A stretch of DNA of 64,000 nucleotides. It comes from Alphaproteobacteria bacterium (GTDB lineage: Bacteria > Pseudomonadota > Alphaproteobacteria > UBA828). Of this stretch, positions 48,572 to 59,432 are shown in pieces. The notes below the pieces were generated by a model. The model had not been told where the DNA came from. It did not search any database and worked only from the letters and a program-made list of their open reading frames with translations. The DNA lies in the NCBI GenBank assembly GCA_965237415.1, contig CBDEFM010000002.1:608001-672000 (forward strand), read 5' to 3'. A program made the translations under genes and the position numbers. Within the stretch, counting starts at the first letter, position 1, and every line of letters starts with the position of its first letter.

Positions 48572-50836
48572 ATGACTGACGAAGCGCTCATCGGAACGGA
48601 GGCCGCCGGCAGGGAGGGGCCTCGTTCGACGGGAAGCGCCCTTCGCCAGCGCTTCGCGTCGTGGGCGCGACGACGCGACCTGCCGCGTTGGCTCGCCATC
48701 TGTCTTGCCTGCGCCGCAGTGACCTCAGGCGCGATCACCTACGCCACAATGAGCGGCTCGGCACCGTTTCCACCCGATCCGCAGACCATCCTGATTCTGC
48801 TCAACGTCGACCTCGTGCTACTGCTCTCGCTCGGAGCGCTGGTCGCTTCGCAACTGGTAAAGCTCTTGATCGAGCGCCGCCGCGGGGCGGCCGGTGCTCG
48901 TCTTCACACGCGGATGGCGGCACTCTTCAGTCTTGTCGCCTTGACGCCGACTATTGTCGTTGCCGTGTTCTCGGCGCTTTTTCTCCATTTCGGGATGCAG
49001 TCCTGGTTCAGCGAGAAGGTCTCGAGCGCAATCAATCGATCGCAGGTCGTCGCGCATACTTACGTGCAGGAACAAGGCAACAACATTCGAATCAGCACTC
49101 TGGCGGCGGCCATGGAGCTTAACGGCCAGGCCGTTCACCTCGTGCGCAGGCCACAACTTATGCCCCGACTGTTGAACCAGACCGCCGCCGCACTCTCGCT
49201 CACCGAAGCGGTGATGTTTCGCCGCAACGGGGATATCTTGGCGCGCAACGACCTGGCCTTCGCCGCGGAATTCGAGCCCGTGCCCGAATGGGCCATCAAC
49301 TCGGCGACCGAAGGGAGGCTCGTGATCCTGCCGGGCGATGGCGACCGTATGCGGGCGTTGATAAAGCTCGCTGGCTTCGTCGACGTTTATCTTTATGTGG
49401 TGCGGGCCCTGCAACCGGAGGTGGTCGATCATACGCGCCAAATCCAGGCAGTCATTAGGGATTATCAACGCCTCGAGGACGAGCGATACGGCATCCAAAT
49501 CACCTTCGTGATCATCTTCATCTTGGTCGCCCTGCTGGTCCTGCTCTCGGCGGTGTGGCTCGGACTCCAATTCGCCAACCGCATCGCCCACCCGATCAGA
49601 GCACTTATCGCCGCTGCCGACCGCGTCCGCGCCGGCGAACTGGAGGCGCGGGTCGCTGAGCCCCCGCAGGATGACGAAATCGGTTCGCTCAGCCGGGCCT
49701 TTAATCGCATGACCGGCCAGATCCACACCCAGCAGCAGGCTTTGCAGGATGCCAACCTCGAGCTCGACGAGCGGCGGCGCTTCACCGAAGCGGTACTCGC
49801 TGGCGTCTCCGCTGGAGTCATCGGGCTGGATGCGGACGGGCGGATTACGCTACCCAACCCTTCAGCGCTCGCGCTGCTCGACGTGAGCAGGAACGCCCTC
49901 ACGGGCCGTGCGCTGGAGGACGCCATCCCCGAAATGGCCGACCTGCTGGCCCGGGCCCGTGATCGATCGCAGCCGCTTGCAGAGGATCAGGTCGAGCTGG
50001 TTCGCGGCGAGCACCGCCGCACTCTGCTCGTCCGTATCGTGACCGAGCGGGCCGGCCACCGGATCGACGGCTTTGTCGTGACTTTCGATGACATCACCGC
50101 GCTGCTATCGGCGCAGCGGCGGGCGGCCTGGGCCGACGTCGCGCAACGCATTGCCCACGAAATCAAGAACCCACTGACGCCGATCAAGCTTTCCGCCCAA
50201 CGGCTCAAACGCAAGTATCTCAACGAAATCAGTACTCAGCCCGACGTATTCGAAGACTGCACCGACATCATCGTCCGCCAAGTCGGCGACATTCGCCAGA
50301 TGATCGATGCATTCTCTTCCTTCGCGCGCATGCCGGCACCTGTGGTGGAACGGGCCGATTTGATCGGCGTTGTCGAGCGTGCAGTCGTTCTGCACCGGCT
50401 GGCGAGCCCGGGAATCGCCTTCGAGATCGAGCGGCCCGACGACGACGTTTATCTCGACTTCGACGCCCGACAGATCGGCCGGGCGCTCACCAATGTGCTG
50501 AAGAACGCCATCGAAGCAATCGAGAGTCGGGCTCCCGACGCCACGCCGGTCGGACGCATCGTTATCCGCGTGCGCGAGGACGACGGCCATTGGCGGGTTG
50601 AGGTCGAAGACAACGGGCCGGGCCTGCCCGACTCGTTGCGCGGCAGGTTGACGGAGCCCTACGTCACGAACCGCGCGGGCGGCACGGGGCTCGGCCTCGC
50701 CATCGTACGAAGGATTATGGAAGATCACGGCGGCCGCCTGGTCCTCGAGAACGGAACCGAAGGCGGCGCGCGCGTCACGCTCGTCTTCGTCGCGACCGGG
50801 ACGGAGCGTGCCACGCCTGCGGACGGTGAAACCTGA
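48572..50836 (+). CDS. ntrY: Sensor histidine kinase NtrY
   Basis: TM-HAMP-PAS-HisKA; AWADVAQRIAHEIKNPLTPI; GTGLGL; upstream of ntrX. Confidence 0.93.
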   Translation: MTDEALIGTEAAGREGPRSTGSALRQRFASWARRRDLPRWLAICLACAAVTSGAITYATMSGSAPFPPDPQTILILLNVDLVLLLSLGALVASQLVKLLIERRRGAAGARLHTRMAALFSLVALTPTIVVAVFSALFLHFGMQSWFSEKVSSAINRSQVVAHTYVQEQGNNIRISTLAAAMELNGQAVHLVRRPQLMPRLLNQTAAALSLTEAVMFRRNGDILARNDLAFAAEFEPVPEWAINSATEGRLVILPGDGDRMRALIKLAGFVDVYLYVVRALQPEVVDHTRQIQAVIRDYQRLEDERYGIQITFVIIFILVALLVLLSAVWLGLQFANRIAHPIRALIAAADRVRAGELEARVAEPPQDDEIGSLSRAFNRMTGQIHTQQQALQDANLELDERRRFTEAVLAGVSAGVIGLDADGRITLPNPSALALLDVSRNALTGRALEDAIPEMADLLARARDRSQPLAEDQVELVRGEHRRTLLVRIVTERAGHRIDGFVVTFDDITALLSAQRRAAWADVAQRIAHEIKNPLTPIKLSAQRLKRKYLNEISTQPDVFEDCTDIIVRQVGDIRQMIDAFSSFARMPAPVVERADLIGVVERAVVLHRLASPGIAFEIERPDDDVYLDFDARQIGRALTNVLKNAIEAIESRAPDATPVGRIVIRVREDDGHWRVEVEDNGPGLPDSLRGRLTEPYVTNRAGGTGLGLAIVRRIMEDHGGRLVLENGTEGGARVTLVFVATGTERATPADGET

Positions 50837-52299
50837 TGGCCCGCGATATCCTGATCGTCGACGACGAACCCCTGATCCGCAAGACGATTGCCGGAATCCT
50901 GGAGGACGGTGGCTATGCGCCCCGCGATGCTTCTGACGGCGCCACCGCAATCGAAGCGATCGATTCAGGCCCTCCGCCGGCGCTGATCATTCTCGACGTC
51001 TGGCTGGAGGGAAGCCAGTTCGATGGCATGGACGTCCTTGAGGCGGTGATGCACCGCCACCCCGAGGTGCCTGTCATCATGATCAGCGGGCACGGAACGA
51101 TCGACACCGCCGTCGCCGCCATCAAGAAAGGCGCCTACGAGTTCATCGAAAAGCCACTTGATAGCGATCGCCTCTTGCTCTCCGTTACGCGCGCGCTCGA
51201 GGCCGCAGAGCTGAGACGCGAGGTCGCCGAATTGAAGTTGCGGGCTGGCGAAACAAGCGAGCTTATCGGTACGTCGTCGGCGATCAAGCAAATCCGCGTG
51301 GCTGCCGAACGGGCCGCACCGACCGACAGACGAGTTTTCATCACTGGCCCCGCAGGGACGGGAAAGGAAATCGTCGCGCGCGTTATTCACAGCCAGTCGC
51401 GACGGTCCAGGGGGCCGTTTATCGTGGCCAACGCCGCCATGATGCGCCCCGACCACGTGGAGCTGGAGCTGTTTGGCAGCGAAGGCGACGGTCCCGTCGG
51501 CACCCGCGCGCGCAAGATCGGGACCTTCGAGCGCGCCCATGGCGGCACGCTCTTCTTCGACGAGATCGCCGACATGCCGCTCGAGACTCAAGGCAAGATC
51601 GCGCGCGCACTGCAGGCGAACACGTTCGAGCGCGAGGGTGGTACGCAACAGATCGAGGTCGACATCCGCGTCATGGCGGCGACGACGCGCGACATGGAGA
51701 ATGAAATAGAGCAAGGGCGCTTTCGCGAGGACCTTTACTACCGGTTGCAGGTCACCCCCATCGTGGTGCCGGCGCTCCGCGAGCGTCGGGAAGATGTCCC
51801 TGAATTGGCGCGCTTCTTCATCCAGAGGGCGGCCGAAAGCGCCGGCTTGCCCCCACGCGAAATCGGTACCGACGCGATGACGATGCTGCAGTCATTCGAC
51901 TGGCCCGGCAATGTGCGCCAGCTCCGCAATTTCGTGGAATGGCTCCTTATCATGGCGCCGGCATCCGCCAACGGCCGAATTGGCGCCGAGATGATTCAGT
52001 TGGCGCTCGGGTCAGCGGCCGGGCAGCCGCAAACGCTCCCCGGCCCGGCCGATCTTATGACCCTGCCGCTCCGCGATGCGCGCCGGCTGTTCGAGCGGGA
52101 CTATCTCAATGCCCAGGTTGCGCGGTTCGGCGGCAACATCTCGCGCACCGCCCAGTTCGTCGGCATGGAGCGCTCGGCGCTTCACCGCAAACTGCGCTCG
52201 CTCGGGATGCTTGAGCGCGAGCGCGATGGGCAGGGTACGGACAGTGACGCCGAGGGCGACGCGAACCCCGCCGACGGGAACAAGCTGAACGGCCCATGA
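50836..52299 (+). CDS. ntrX: Response regulator NtrX
   Basis: REC-AAA-HTH; LDVWL, no GAFTGA, GNISRTAQFVGMERSALHRKL. Confidence 0.93.
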   Translation: MARDILIVDDEPLIRKTIAGILEDGGYAPRDASDGATAIEAIDSGPPPALIILDVWLEGSQFDGMDVLEAVMHRHPEVPVIMISGHGTIDTAVAAIKKGAYEFIEKPLDSDRLLLSVTRALEAAELRREVAELKLRAGETSELIGTSSAIKQIRVAAERAAPTDRRVFITGPAGTGKEIVARVIHSQSRRSRGPFIVANAAMMRPDHVELELFGSEGDGPVGTRARKIGTFERAHGGTLFFDEIADMPLETQGKIARALQANTFEREGGTQQIEVDIRVMAATTRDMENEIEQGRFREDLYYRLQVTPIVVPALRERREDVPELARFFIQRAAESAGLPPREIGTDAMTMLQSFDWPGNVRQLRNFVEWLLIMAPASANGRIGAEMIQLALGSAAGQPQTLPGPADLMTLPLRDARRLFERDYLNAQVARFGGNISRTAQFVGMERSALHRKLRSLGMLERERDGQGTDSDAEGDANPADGNKLNGP

Positions 52300-53672
52300 A
52301 GATTATCGTCTGCGGAGCCGGACAAGTCGGCGCCAGCATCGCCCGTCAGCTCGCCAACGAGGCGAACGACGTGACGGTCATCGACAGCGACCGGGCTGTC
52401 GTGCAGCGGTTCTCCGATTCGGTTGACGCGAGGGCGATCGTCGGAAACGCATCGCTGCCCGACGTGCTTGAGGAAGCAGACGCCAAGAACGCTGAAATGA
52501 TCGTCGCCGTGACCCACTCCGACGAAGTCAACATGGTAGCGTGTCAGGTCGCGCACTCGCTGTTCAACGTGCCCGAGAAAATCGCGCGGGTGCGCCACCA
52601 GAGCTATCTCAACCCGGCTTGGGCGGACCTCTTCAACCGCGACAACATGCCGATCGACCTGATTATCTCGCCTGAAATCGAGGTCGCTCGCGCCATCGAG
52701 CGACGGCTTCAGGTGCCGGGCGCCCTCGACATGCTGCCGTTCTGCGGCGGGCGCCTGCGGGTGATCGCCGTGCGCTGCGAGGAAGGCTGCCCCATCATTA
52801 ACACGCCGCTCCGTCAGCTCACCGAGCTGTTTCCCGATCTCAACATCATGGTGGTCGCGATCAGCCGAGATTCGCGTCTCATCGTGCCGCGGGGCGACGA
52901 CCAGATGCTGATCGGCGACGAGGTCTATTTCGCCGTCGACTCCACGCATGTTGCGCGCAGCATGGCCGTCTTCGGGCACGAAGAGCCGGAGGCCCGCCGG
53001 GTCGTCATCATCGGCGGCGGCAATATCGGCTATTTCCTGACACAGGAGCTGGAGCAAAGCCATCCGGGTCTCGACATTAAGGTTGTCGAGCTAAAGCCGG
53101 AACGCGCGCGCTTTCTGGCCGAGCGGCTTACCCGCTCTACCGTGATCGGCGGCGATGCGCTGGATCCAGAGATCTTCATCGAGATCAATATCGGGCTTGC
53201 GCAAGCGGTGATTGCGGTCTCCAACGACGATGAGGTGAACATCCTGGCGGCACTGCTGGCGAAGCGTGCCGGCTGCCGGACCGCCATCTCCCTGGTCAAC
53301 AATTCGAGTTACGGGCCGCTGATGGGGAGCCTCGGTGTCGACGTCGCCGTGAGCCCTCGGGAATCGACGGTCTCGACGATCCTCCAGCGCATCAGGCGCG
53401 GCCGCATCCTGGCGGTGTATTCGATCCGCGACGGCGCCGCCGAAATCATCGAGGCCGAGGCGCTCGGAACCTCGCCCATTGTCGGCCGTCCGCTCATCGA
53501 GACCAAGCTGCCCACCGGAATCATCGTCGGCGCTGTCGTACGCGGGGACGAGGTCATCATTCCGCGCCCGCAGACGGTGATTGAGGAACATGACCGGGTC
53601 GTGATGCTGGCGGCGGCGCGTGCGGTGAAAAAGATCGAGCAGATGTTTGCCGTGAGCCCGGAGTTCTTCTGA
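52296..53672 (+). CDS. trkA: Trk potassium uptake NAD-binding subunit
   Basis: CGAGQVG, SDEVN, ISPE, IIGGGNIG; syntenic after ntrX. Confidence 0.93.
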   Translation: MKIIVCGAGQVGASIARQLANEANDVTVIDSDRAVVQRFSDSVDARAIVGNASLPDVLEEADAKNAEMIVAVTHSDEVNMVACQVAHSLFNVPEKIARVRHQSYLNPAWADLFNRDNMPIDLIISPEIEVARAIERRLQVPGALDMLPFCGGRLRVIAVRCEEGCPIINTPLRQLTELFPDLNIMVVAISRDSRLIVPRGDDQMLIGDEVYFAVDSTHVARSMAVFGHEEPEARRVVIIGGGNIGYFLTQELEQSHPGLDIKVVELKPERARFLAERLTRSTVIGGDALDPEIFIEINIGLAQAVIAVSNDDEVNILAALLAKRAGCRTAISLVNNSSYGPLMGSLGVDVAVSPRESTVSTILQRIRRGRILAVYSIRDGAAEIIEAEALGTSPIVGRPLIETKLPTGIIVGAVVRGDEVIIPRPQTVIEEHDRVVMLAAARAVKKIEQMFAVSPEFF

Positions 53673-53683
53673 CCGGAGGCCAC

Positions 53684-54547
53684 ATGTCGCGCATCGCCTA
53701 CGTGAACGGCCGCTACCTGCGCCACGACCTTGCGCACGTCCATGTCGAGGACAGGGGCTACCAGTTCTCGGACGGGGTGTACGAAGTTGCCGCCGTCTTC
53801 GGCGGTCGAGTGATCGACGAAGAGCCGCACCTGGACCGGCTCGAGCGCTCGCTCCGCGAGCTGAGGATGGATCTGCCGCTTCCGCGCAGCGCGCTCAAAC
53901 TCGTGACCCACGAAGTGCTGCGCCGCAACAGGGTCCGCGACGGTATGGTCTACCTGCAGGTCACGCGCGGCGCGGCGGCGCGGGACCATCCCTTTCCCGA
54001 GGACGCCGAGGGCGCGGTGGTCCTCACCGCCCGCTCGGTCCGTTGGCCCGACAATGCGGCTGAGGACCGCGGGGCCGAGGTCGTCTCGGTTCCGGACGGG
54101 CGCTGGGGCCGCTGCGACGTCAAGTCCGTCTCCCTGCTTCCCAACGTGCTGGCTAAGCAGGACGCCCGGGAGCAGGGAGCTTACGAGGCCTGGTTCATCG
54201 ATCCCGAAGGCCGAGTCACCGAGGGCTCCTCGACCAACGCCTGGATCGTCGACGACGCCGGCCATGTGGTGACCCGTGACCTCGAATCGAACATCCTCGG
54301 CGGCATAACGCGGCAGACGGTGATCCGGCTGGCCCGCGAGGCGGGGATCGAGGTCGTCGAGCGAGCGTTCACGCTGGTTGAAGCGCAAGCCGCGCCGGAA
54401 GCGTTCCTCACCAGCACGACGTCCTTCGTCCGCGCCATCGTCCGCATCGACGGCTGCCCGGTGGGCAACGGGGAGCCGGGCCCGGTGACCCTCCGCCTGC
54501 GCGATCTTTACCTCTCCTATTGCCGCGGTGGGCGCGCCAACCGGTGA
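53684..54547 (+). CDS. dat: D-amino acid aminotransferase (class IV)
   Basis: EDRGYQFSDGVYE, DVKS, EGSSTN, ILGGITR. Confidence 0.88.
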   Translation: MSRIAYVNGRYLRHDLAHVHVEDRGYQFSDGVYEVAAVFGGRVIDEEPHLDRLERSLRELRMDLPLPRSALKLVTHEVLRRNRVRDGMVYLQVTRGAAARDHPFPEDAEGAVVLTARSVRWPDNAAEDRGAEVVSVPDGRWGRCDVKSVSLLPNVLAKQDAREQGAYEAWFIDPEGRVTEGSSTNAWIVDDAGHVVTRDLESNILGGITRQTVIRLAREAGIEVVERAFTLVEAQAAPEAFLTSTTSFVRAIVRIDGCPVGNGEPGPVTLRLRDLYLSYCRGGRANR

Positions 54548-55200
54548 GAAGGCCGCGCGCCGTCCTGTTCGACTGGGACAACACACTGGTCGTGAGCTGG
54601 GAGATTATCCACGAGAGCCTGCGGCTGACCTTTCTGGACCTGGGGCGCGAGCCCTGGAGCTTCGACCAGACCAAGACCTGGGTGCGGCGCTCGATGCGGG
54701 ACTCGTTTCCCGATCTCTTCGGAGCCGATGCCGCCCGAGCCGAGCACCTGTTCTACCGGCATTATCGGGCCCATCATCTGAGCCGGCTGGCTCCGCTCGC
54801 CGGCGCTGTGGAAACATTGAGGGCCCTCCATCGTGATGGCCTGCCCCTTGGAGTGGTCAGTAGCAAGCAGGGTGACTTGGTGCGGGCGGAAGCCGCACAC
54901 CTGGGCTGGAACGGTTTCTTCGGATGCATCGTCGGCGCCGGCGACGGGCCGGTGGACAAGCCTGCGCCGCAGGCCACGGCCCTGGCTCTGGAGGGAGTCG
55001 GAATCGTTGCCGGCCCGGACGTGTGGTATGTCGGCGACACGGGAATCGACGTCACGTGCGCCCGAAACGCTGGATGCGCTGCGGTGATCGTCAGCGTGGA
55101 CCCGCCCCGCGACGGCGACTGCCCGCGCGTACCGGATCATCAAGTTGCCGATCACGCGGGATTACACGGGTTCTTGCGGCAGCATGGAATCACCATATAG
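54544..55200 (+). CDS. HAD family hydrolase (phosphoglycolate phosphatase-like)
   Basis: FDWDNTL, DKP, VGDTGID. Confidence 0.88.
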   Translation: MRRPRAVLFDWDNTLVVSWEIIHESLRLTFLDLGREPWSFDQTKTWVRRSMRDSFPDLFGADAARAEHLFYRHYRAHHLSRLAPLAGAVETLRALHRDGLPLGVVSSKQGDLVRAEAAHLGWNGFFGCIVGAGDGPVDKPAPQATALALEGVGIVAGPDVWYVGDTGIDVTCARNAGCAAVIVSVDPPRDGDCPRVPDHQVADHAGLHGFLRQHGITI

Positions 55201-55278
55201 TCGATAATGGCATGCTCGCGCGGGTGTGCCCGGCGCGCGGCTCCGGGCACGCGGGGGCAGGCAAGGATAGAGGAACAC

Positions 55279-55539
55279 ATGACTGGCAAGGGATCCCACA
55301 GTCTCCAGGACGTCTTCCTCAATCACGTGCGCAAAGGAAAGATGCCGGTCACGATCTTTCTCGTGAACGGAGTCAAGCTCCAGGGAATCATCACCTGGTT
55401 CGATAATTTCTGTGTCCTGCTCAAACGCGATGACCATTCGCAGCTTGTGTACAAGCATGCGATTTCGACGGTCATGCCGGTTCAGCCGGTTCAGTTGTTC
55501 GACCAAGACGAAGCGCCGGCAGAGGAGGACGATACGTAA
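55279..55539 (+). CDS. hfq: RNA chaperone Hfq
   Basis: [29 protein letters not shown]. Confidence 0.97.
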   Translation: MTGKGSHSLQDVFLNHVRKGKMPVTIFLVNGVKLQGIITWFDNFCVLLKRDDHSQLVYKHAISTVMPVQPVQLFDQDEAPAEEDDT

Positions 55540-56898
55540 GTGGCGGGCGCGAGCGTTCCACGCGGCGCTAGTTCGCCATCGCGCACCTGTGTCCTGTATC
55601 CGGCGCTGGCGCACCAGCCGGCGGCGCACCGCGCGCGCGAGCCGGCGCGTGAGCCCGAGGGCCGCCTCGCCGAGGCGGTAAGCCTCGCCCGTGCGATCGA
55701 CCTCGATGTCGTGTTTGCGGAGGTTGTGCGCCTGCAAAAGCCGCGGCCAGCGACCCTGTTCGGTCTCGGGCGGGTGGAAGCGGTCGCGGAGACAGCATCC
55801 GCGCACGACCTGGAACTGGTCATCGTGGATGGAGTGCTCACCCCGGTTCAGCAGCGCAATCTCGAACGTGCGTGGGGCTGCAAGGTCATCGACCGCACCG
55901 CGCTCATCCTCGAAATCTTCGGCGCACGGGCGCGCACGAGGGAGGGCCGGCTCCAGGTCGAGCTCGCCGCTCTTCGCTACCAGCGCAGCCGCCTGGTGCG
56001 GTCCTGGACGCACCTTGAGCGCCAGCGCGGCGGCCTCGGTTTCGTAGGCGGGCCGGGTGAGACGCAGATCGAGGCCGACCGGCGCCAGATTCGCGCCCGC
56101 ATCGGCCGTCTCGAGCGCGCGCTGGACGCAGTCAAGCGCACCCGCAGCCTGCACCGCGCGGCGCGCCAGCGCGTCCCTTATCCGGTGATCGCCCTGGTCG
56201 GATACACGAATGCCGGCAAGACGACGCTCTTCAACCGGCTGACCGGGGCCTCCGCGGACGCGCGCGACCAGCTCTTCGCGACCCTCGATCCAACCATGCG
56301 CGGCGTCGTCCTGCCGTCGGGCCAGCGTGTCATCCTGTCCGACACCGTGGGCTTCGTCTCCGACCTGCCGCACGACCTCGTGGCGGCGTTCCGTGCGACC
56401 CTGGAGGAAGTGGTCGCCGCCGACCTCATCGTGCATGTCCGTGACTGCGCCCATGCGGACAGCGCCGAGCAACGCGCCGACGTGCTGCGGGTGCTGACCG
56501 AGCTCGGCGTCGAAGATCGCCTCCAGACCGGCGTCGTCGAGGTGCTCAACAAGCTGGATCTGCTCGATCCGCGGCAGCGCGCCTGCCTTGCGGAGCAGGG
56601 AAGGGGAGGGGGCAACGGGCCCACCGGTCACGCAAGCGTGGTCGCCGCTTCGGCGCTTACCGGCGCCGGAATCGAGGACCTGATTGGCGTGATCGACGCC
56701 CGGCTCACGGCGAATCGGCGAATCGTCGAAGTGCGGGTGCCCCATGCCGACGGTGCAACCCTCGCCTGGCTCTACCGCCACGGCGAGGTCTTGGAGCACG
56801 CCGACGACGATGGTGAGGCCTGCCTCAGGGTCGGGCTGACGCCGGCGGACGCAGGCCGCCTGGAGCGGCGGCCCGGCGTCTCGTTGGCCCTCGACTAA
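55540..56898 (+). CDS. hflX: GTPase HflX
   Basis: GPGETQIE, GYTNAGKT, LFATLD, DTVGF, NKLD. Confidence 0.95.
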   Translation: MAGASVPRGASSPSRTCVLYPALAHQPAAHRAREPAREPEGRLAEAVSLARAIDLDVVFAEVVRLQKPRPATLFGLGRVEAVAETASAHDLELVIVDGVLTPVQQRNLERAWGCKVIDRTALILEIFGARARTREGRLQVELAALRYQRSRLVRSWTHLERQRGGLGFVGGPGETQIEADRRQIRARIGRLERALDAVKRTRSLHRAARQRVPYPVIALVGYTNAGKTTLFNRLTGASADARDQLFATLDPTMRGVVLPSGQRVILSDTVGFVSDLPHDLVAAFRATLEEVVAADLIVHVRDCAHADSAEQRADVLRVLTELGVEDRLQTGVVEVLNKLDLLDPRQRACLAEQGRGGGNGPTGHASVVAASALTGAGIEDLIGVIDARLTANRRIVEVRVPHADGATLAWLYRHGEVLEHADDDGEACLRVGLTPADAGRLERRPGVSLALD

Positions 56899-56938
56899 CC
56901 GATGCTCGCGGCCACATCCACCCCCGACTTGCGCTCGG

Positions 56939-56966
56939 ATTTTACATAATATAAAACCACAGATAT
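56939..56966 (-). other. dif-like half site (XerD arm plus spacer, no recognisable XerC arm)
   Basis: Reverse complement reads ATATCTGTGGT-TTTATA-TTATGTAAAAT. Confidence 0.4.
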
Positions 56967-57185
56967 AATATGCAACATACTGTATGAATGTATTCTTTTT
57001 CCCGTCTCCAACTGATCGTAGGCCAGGGAGAGGGGACGAGCCGGGGCAGCTCGAAACCAAGATGTTGCGAGCCTCCATCGGGGCCCAGGGGCCAGAGAGA
57101 GCAGCGCTTTTCAGGCGGAATGAACAAGGAACATTCCGAGAACCGACACAGGGAGCCTCGGCCCGTCCGTGAGTCGGTCTCGCAG

Positions 57186-57214
57186 TTGACATCGGAGTGT
57201 GGTCTCCCTATTAA
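57186..57214 (+). promoter_or_regulatory. groES promoter
   Basis: TTGACA-N17-TATTAA; CCCTAT overlapping the -10 also fits an RpoH-type promoter. Confidence 0.7.
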
Positions 57215-57215
57215 G

Positions 57216-57242
57216 TTAGCACTCGCCGCGATAGAGCGCTAA
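57216..57242. promoter_or_regulatory. CIRCE element (HrcA operator)
   Basis: TTAGCACTC-N9-GAGCGCTAA, one mismatch to consensus, upstream of groES. Confidence 0.92.
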
Positions 57243-57298
57243 CAAGCGCCAAATCCGGCGCATATGCGTTGGACACGTTCAAGTCTCTGGAGGGCGGC

Positions 57299-57586
57299 AT
57301 GAAGATCAGGCCTTTGCACGACCGCGTGCTGGTACGGCGGATCGAGCAGGATCAGAAAACGGCGGGTGGCATCATCATTCCCGATACCGCCCAAGAGAAA
57401 CCGCAGGAAGGCGAGGTCGTCGCAGCGGGCGCTGGCGCGCGCGAGGAGGATGGCAAGCTGTCCCCCCTCGATGTGAAGGCGGGCGACCGCATCCTGTTCG
57501 GCAAGTGGTCGGGCTCGGAGGTCAAGGTCGACGGCGAAGAGCTGTTGATCATGAAGGAGTCCGACATCATGGGTGTGATCGGGTAA
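57299..57586 (+). CDS. groES: Co-chaperonin GroES
   Basis: [26 protein letters not shown]. Confidence 0.97.
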   Translation: MKIRPLHDRVLVRRIEQDQKTAGGIIIPDTAQEKPQEGEVVAAGAGAREEDGKLSPLDVKAGDRILFGKWSGSEVKVDGEELLIMKESDIMGVIG

Positions 57587-57631
57587 CACCGCACCTGCGT
57601 GGGTTAGACAGCGAATCTGGAGCGATCGGCG

Positions 57632-59314
57632 ATGGCCAAGAAGAGAATTCATCTAGCGGAGGAGGCTCGCGCGCGCCTCCTCGAGGGTGTCGATATCCTT
57701 ACCGACGCCGTATCGGTCACGCTCGGCCCGAAGGGCCGCATGGTGATCTATCAGACGGCGGGTGGAGACGGGCGGATCACCAAGGACGGCGCGACCGTCG
57801 CCAAGGAGATCGAGCTCGAGGACCGGCTCCAGAATGTCGGCGCCCGGCTCGTCCGCGAGGCCGCCACCCACACCGAGAAGGTCGCCGGCGACGGCACCAC
57901 CACCGCGACCATCCTCGCCCGCGCGTTGGTCCGCGAGGGCTCCAAGGCGGTTGCGGCGGGCATGAACCCGATGGATTTGCGGCGTGGTATCGACCTCGCC
58001 GTCGCCGCGGTTGTCGAAGAGCTTGGCAAGCGTTCGAAGCGGGTGAAGACCCGCGAGGAGATCAGGCAGGTCGCGACCGTCGCCGCGAACAACGATCCCC
58101 AGGTGGGCGACATGATCTCGCGCGCCATGGAAGAGGTGGGCGAGCGCGGCGTCATCACGATCGAGGAAGCGGCCGGAATCGAGACCGAGCTCGATGTCGT
58201 CGAGGGCATGAATTTCGATAAGGGCTACGTCTCGCCCTATTTCGTGACCAATGCCGAGCGGATGACGGTCGAGCTCGATGACACCTACATCCTGCTGCAT
58301 CAGGACAAGCTCTCCAGCATGCAGGGTCTCCTGCCGGTGCTGGAGCAAGTCGGCCAGACCGGCAAGCCGCTGGTGATCATCGCTGAAGACGTCGACGGCG
58401 AGGCGCTGGCGACACTGGTGGTCAACCGGCTGCGCGGCGGCCTGAAGGCTGCAGCGGCCAAGGCGCCGGCCTTCGGCGATCGGCGCAAGGCCATGCTCCA
58501 GGACATTGCCGTGCTCACTGGCGGCCAGGTGATCAACAGCGAGCTCGGCGTCAAGCTGGAGAACGTCTCGCTCGACATGTTGGGGACGGCCAAACGCGTC
58601 GAGATGAGCAAGGACGAGACCGTGATCATCGGTGGCGGCGGCCGCAAGAAGGATATCGATCAACGCTGCAAGCAGCTTCGCTTCGAGATCGAGACCACCG
58701 ATTCCGAGTATGACCAGGAGCGCTTCGAGGAACGGCTCGCCAAGCTGGTCGGCGGAGTCGCCATTCTGAGGATCGGCGGCGATTCCGAGATCGAGGTCAA
58801 GGAGAAGAAAGAGCTTGTCGACGACGCCATGCGCGCCACGCGCGCGGCGGTGGAGGAGGGGGTCGTTCCCGGCGGCGGCGTGGCGTTGCTGGCGGCCTCC
58901 CGCAAGCTCGGCAAGTTGAAAGGCGCCAACTCCGACCAGGACCGTGGAATCGCCATCGTCAGGAGTGCGATCCGCGCGCCGACCCGCCACATCGCGCAGA
59001 ACGCGGGTGCAGACGGCTCGCTCGTGGTCGGAACGCTGCTCGAAAAGCGCAGCGCAAGCCAGGGCTATGACGCCCAGGAGGGCCGCTACTGCGACATGAT
59101 CGAAGCCGGCATCCTGGATCCGGCGAAGGTCGTCCGCTCCGCTCTCCAGGACGCCGCCTCCATCGCCGGCCTCCTGATTGCGACCGAGGCCGGAATCGTC
59201 GAGATTCCTGAGAAGGCGCCCCCGATGCCGCCCGGCGGCATGGACGGAATGGGTGGTATGGGCGGGATGGGTGGTATGGGCGGAATGGGTGGCATGGGCG
59301 GAATGGGCATGTAG
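57632..59314 (+). CDS. groEL: Chaperonin GroEL (divergent)
   Basis: [29 protein letters not shown] tail. Confidence 0.95.
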   Translation: MAKKRIHLAEEARARLLEGVDILTDAVSVTLGPKGRMVIYQTAGGDGRITKDGATVAKEIELEDRLQNVGARLVREAATHTEKVAGDGTTTATILARALVREGSKAVAAGMNPMDLRRGIDLAVAAVVEELGKRSKRVKTREEIRQVATVAANNDPQVGDMISRAMEEVGERGVITIEEAAGIETELDVVEGMNFDKGYVSPYFVTNAERMTVELDDTYILLHQDKLSSMQGLLPVLEQVGQTGKPLVIIAEDVDGEALATLVVNRLRGGLKAAAAKAPAFGDRRKAMLQDIAVLTGGQVINSELGVKLENVSLDMLGTAKRVEMSKDETVIIGGGGRKKDIDQRCKQLRFEIETTDSEYDQERFEERLAKLVGGVAILRIGGDSEIEVKEKKELVDDAMRATRAAVEEGVVPGGGVALLAASRKLGKLKGANSDQDRGIAIVRSAIRAPTRHIAQNAGADGSLVVGTLLEKRSASQGYDAQEGRYCDMIEAGILDPAKVVRSALQDAASIAGLLIATEAGIVEIPEKAPPMPPGGMDGMGGMGGMGGMGGMGGMGGMGM

Positions 59315-59338
59315 CCCCGCCCGGTCATCTCGTCGTCT

Positions 59339-59364
59339 GGGAGGGGGCCACGAGGCCCCCTTCC
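59339..59364 (+). terminator. Hairpin after groEL
   Basis: GGGAGGGGGCC-ACGA-GGCCCCCTTCC; weak U-tract. Confidence 0.55.
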
Positions 59365-59432
59365 TCGTATCTGACTCGGATATTCCACCGCGATCGCGGG
59401 CTGCTTCGGGCAGGCGAAGATTTAAATTTACG

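Noticed and set aside
51450-51540. Missing GAFTGA motif in the sigma54-type regulator
   Set aside because: Normal for alphaproteobacterial NtrX
57012-57058. Hammerhead-ribozyme-like pieces (CTGAT..., GACGAGC-loop-GCTCGAAAC)
   Set aside because: The required CUGANGA is not adjacent to stem II (it reads GGGACGA) and stems I/III cannot be formed convincingly
57020-57160. Glycine-riboswitch-like words (GGAGAG, CTTTTCAGG)
   Set aside because: The CCGAAG motif and tandem aptamer spacing are absent, and no glycine-related gene follows
59230-59311. 9-bp periodic repeat at the end of groEL
   Set aside because: Encodes the normal Gly-Gly-Met tail
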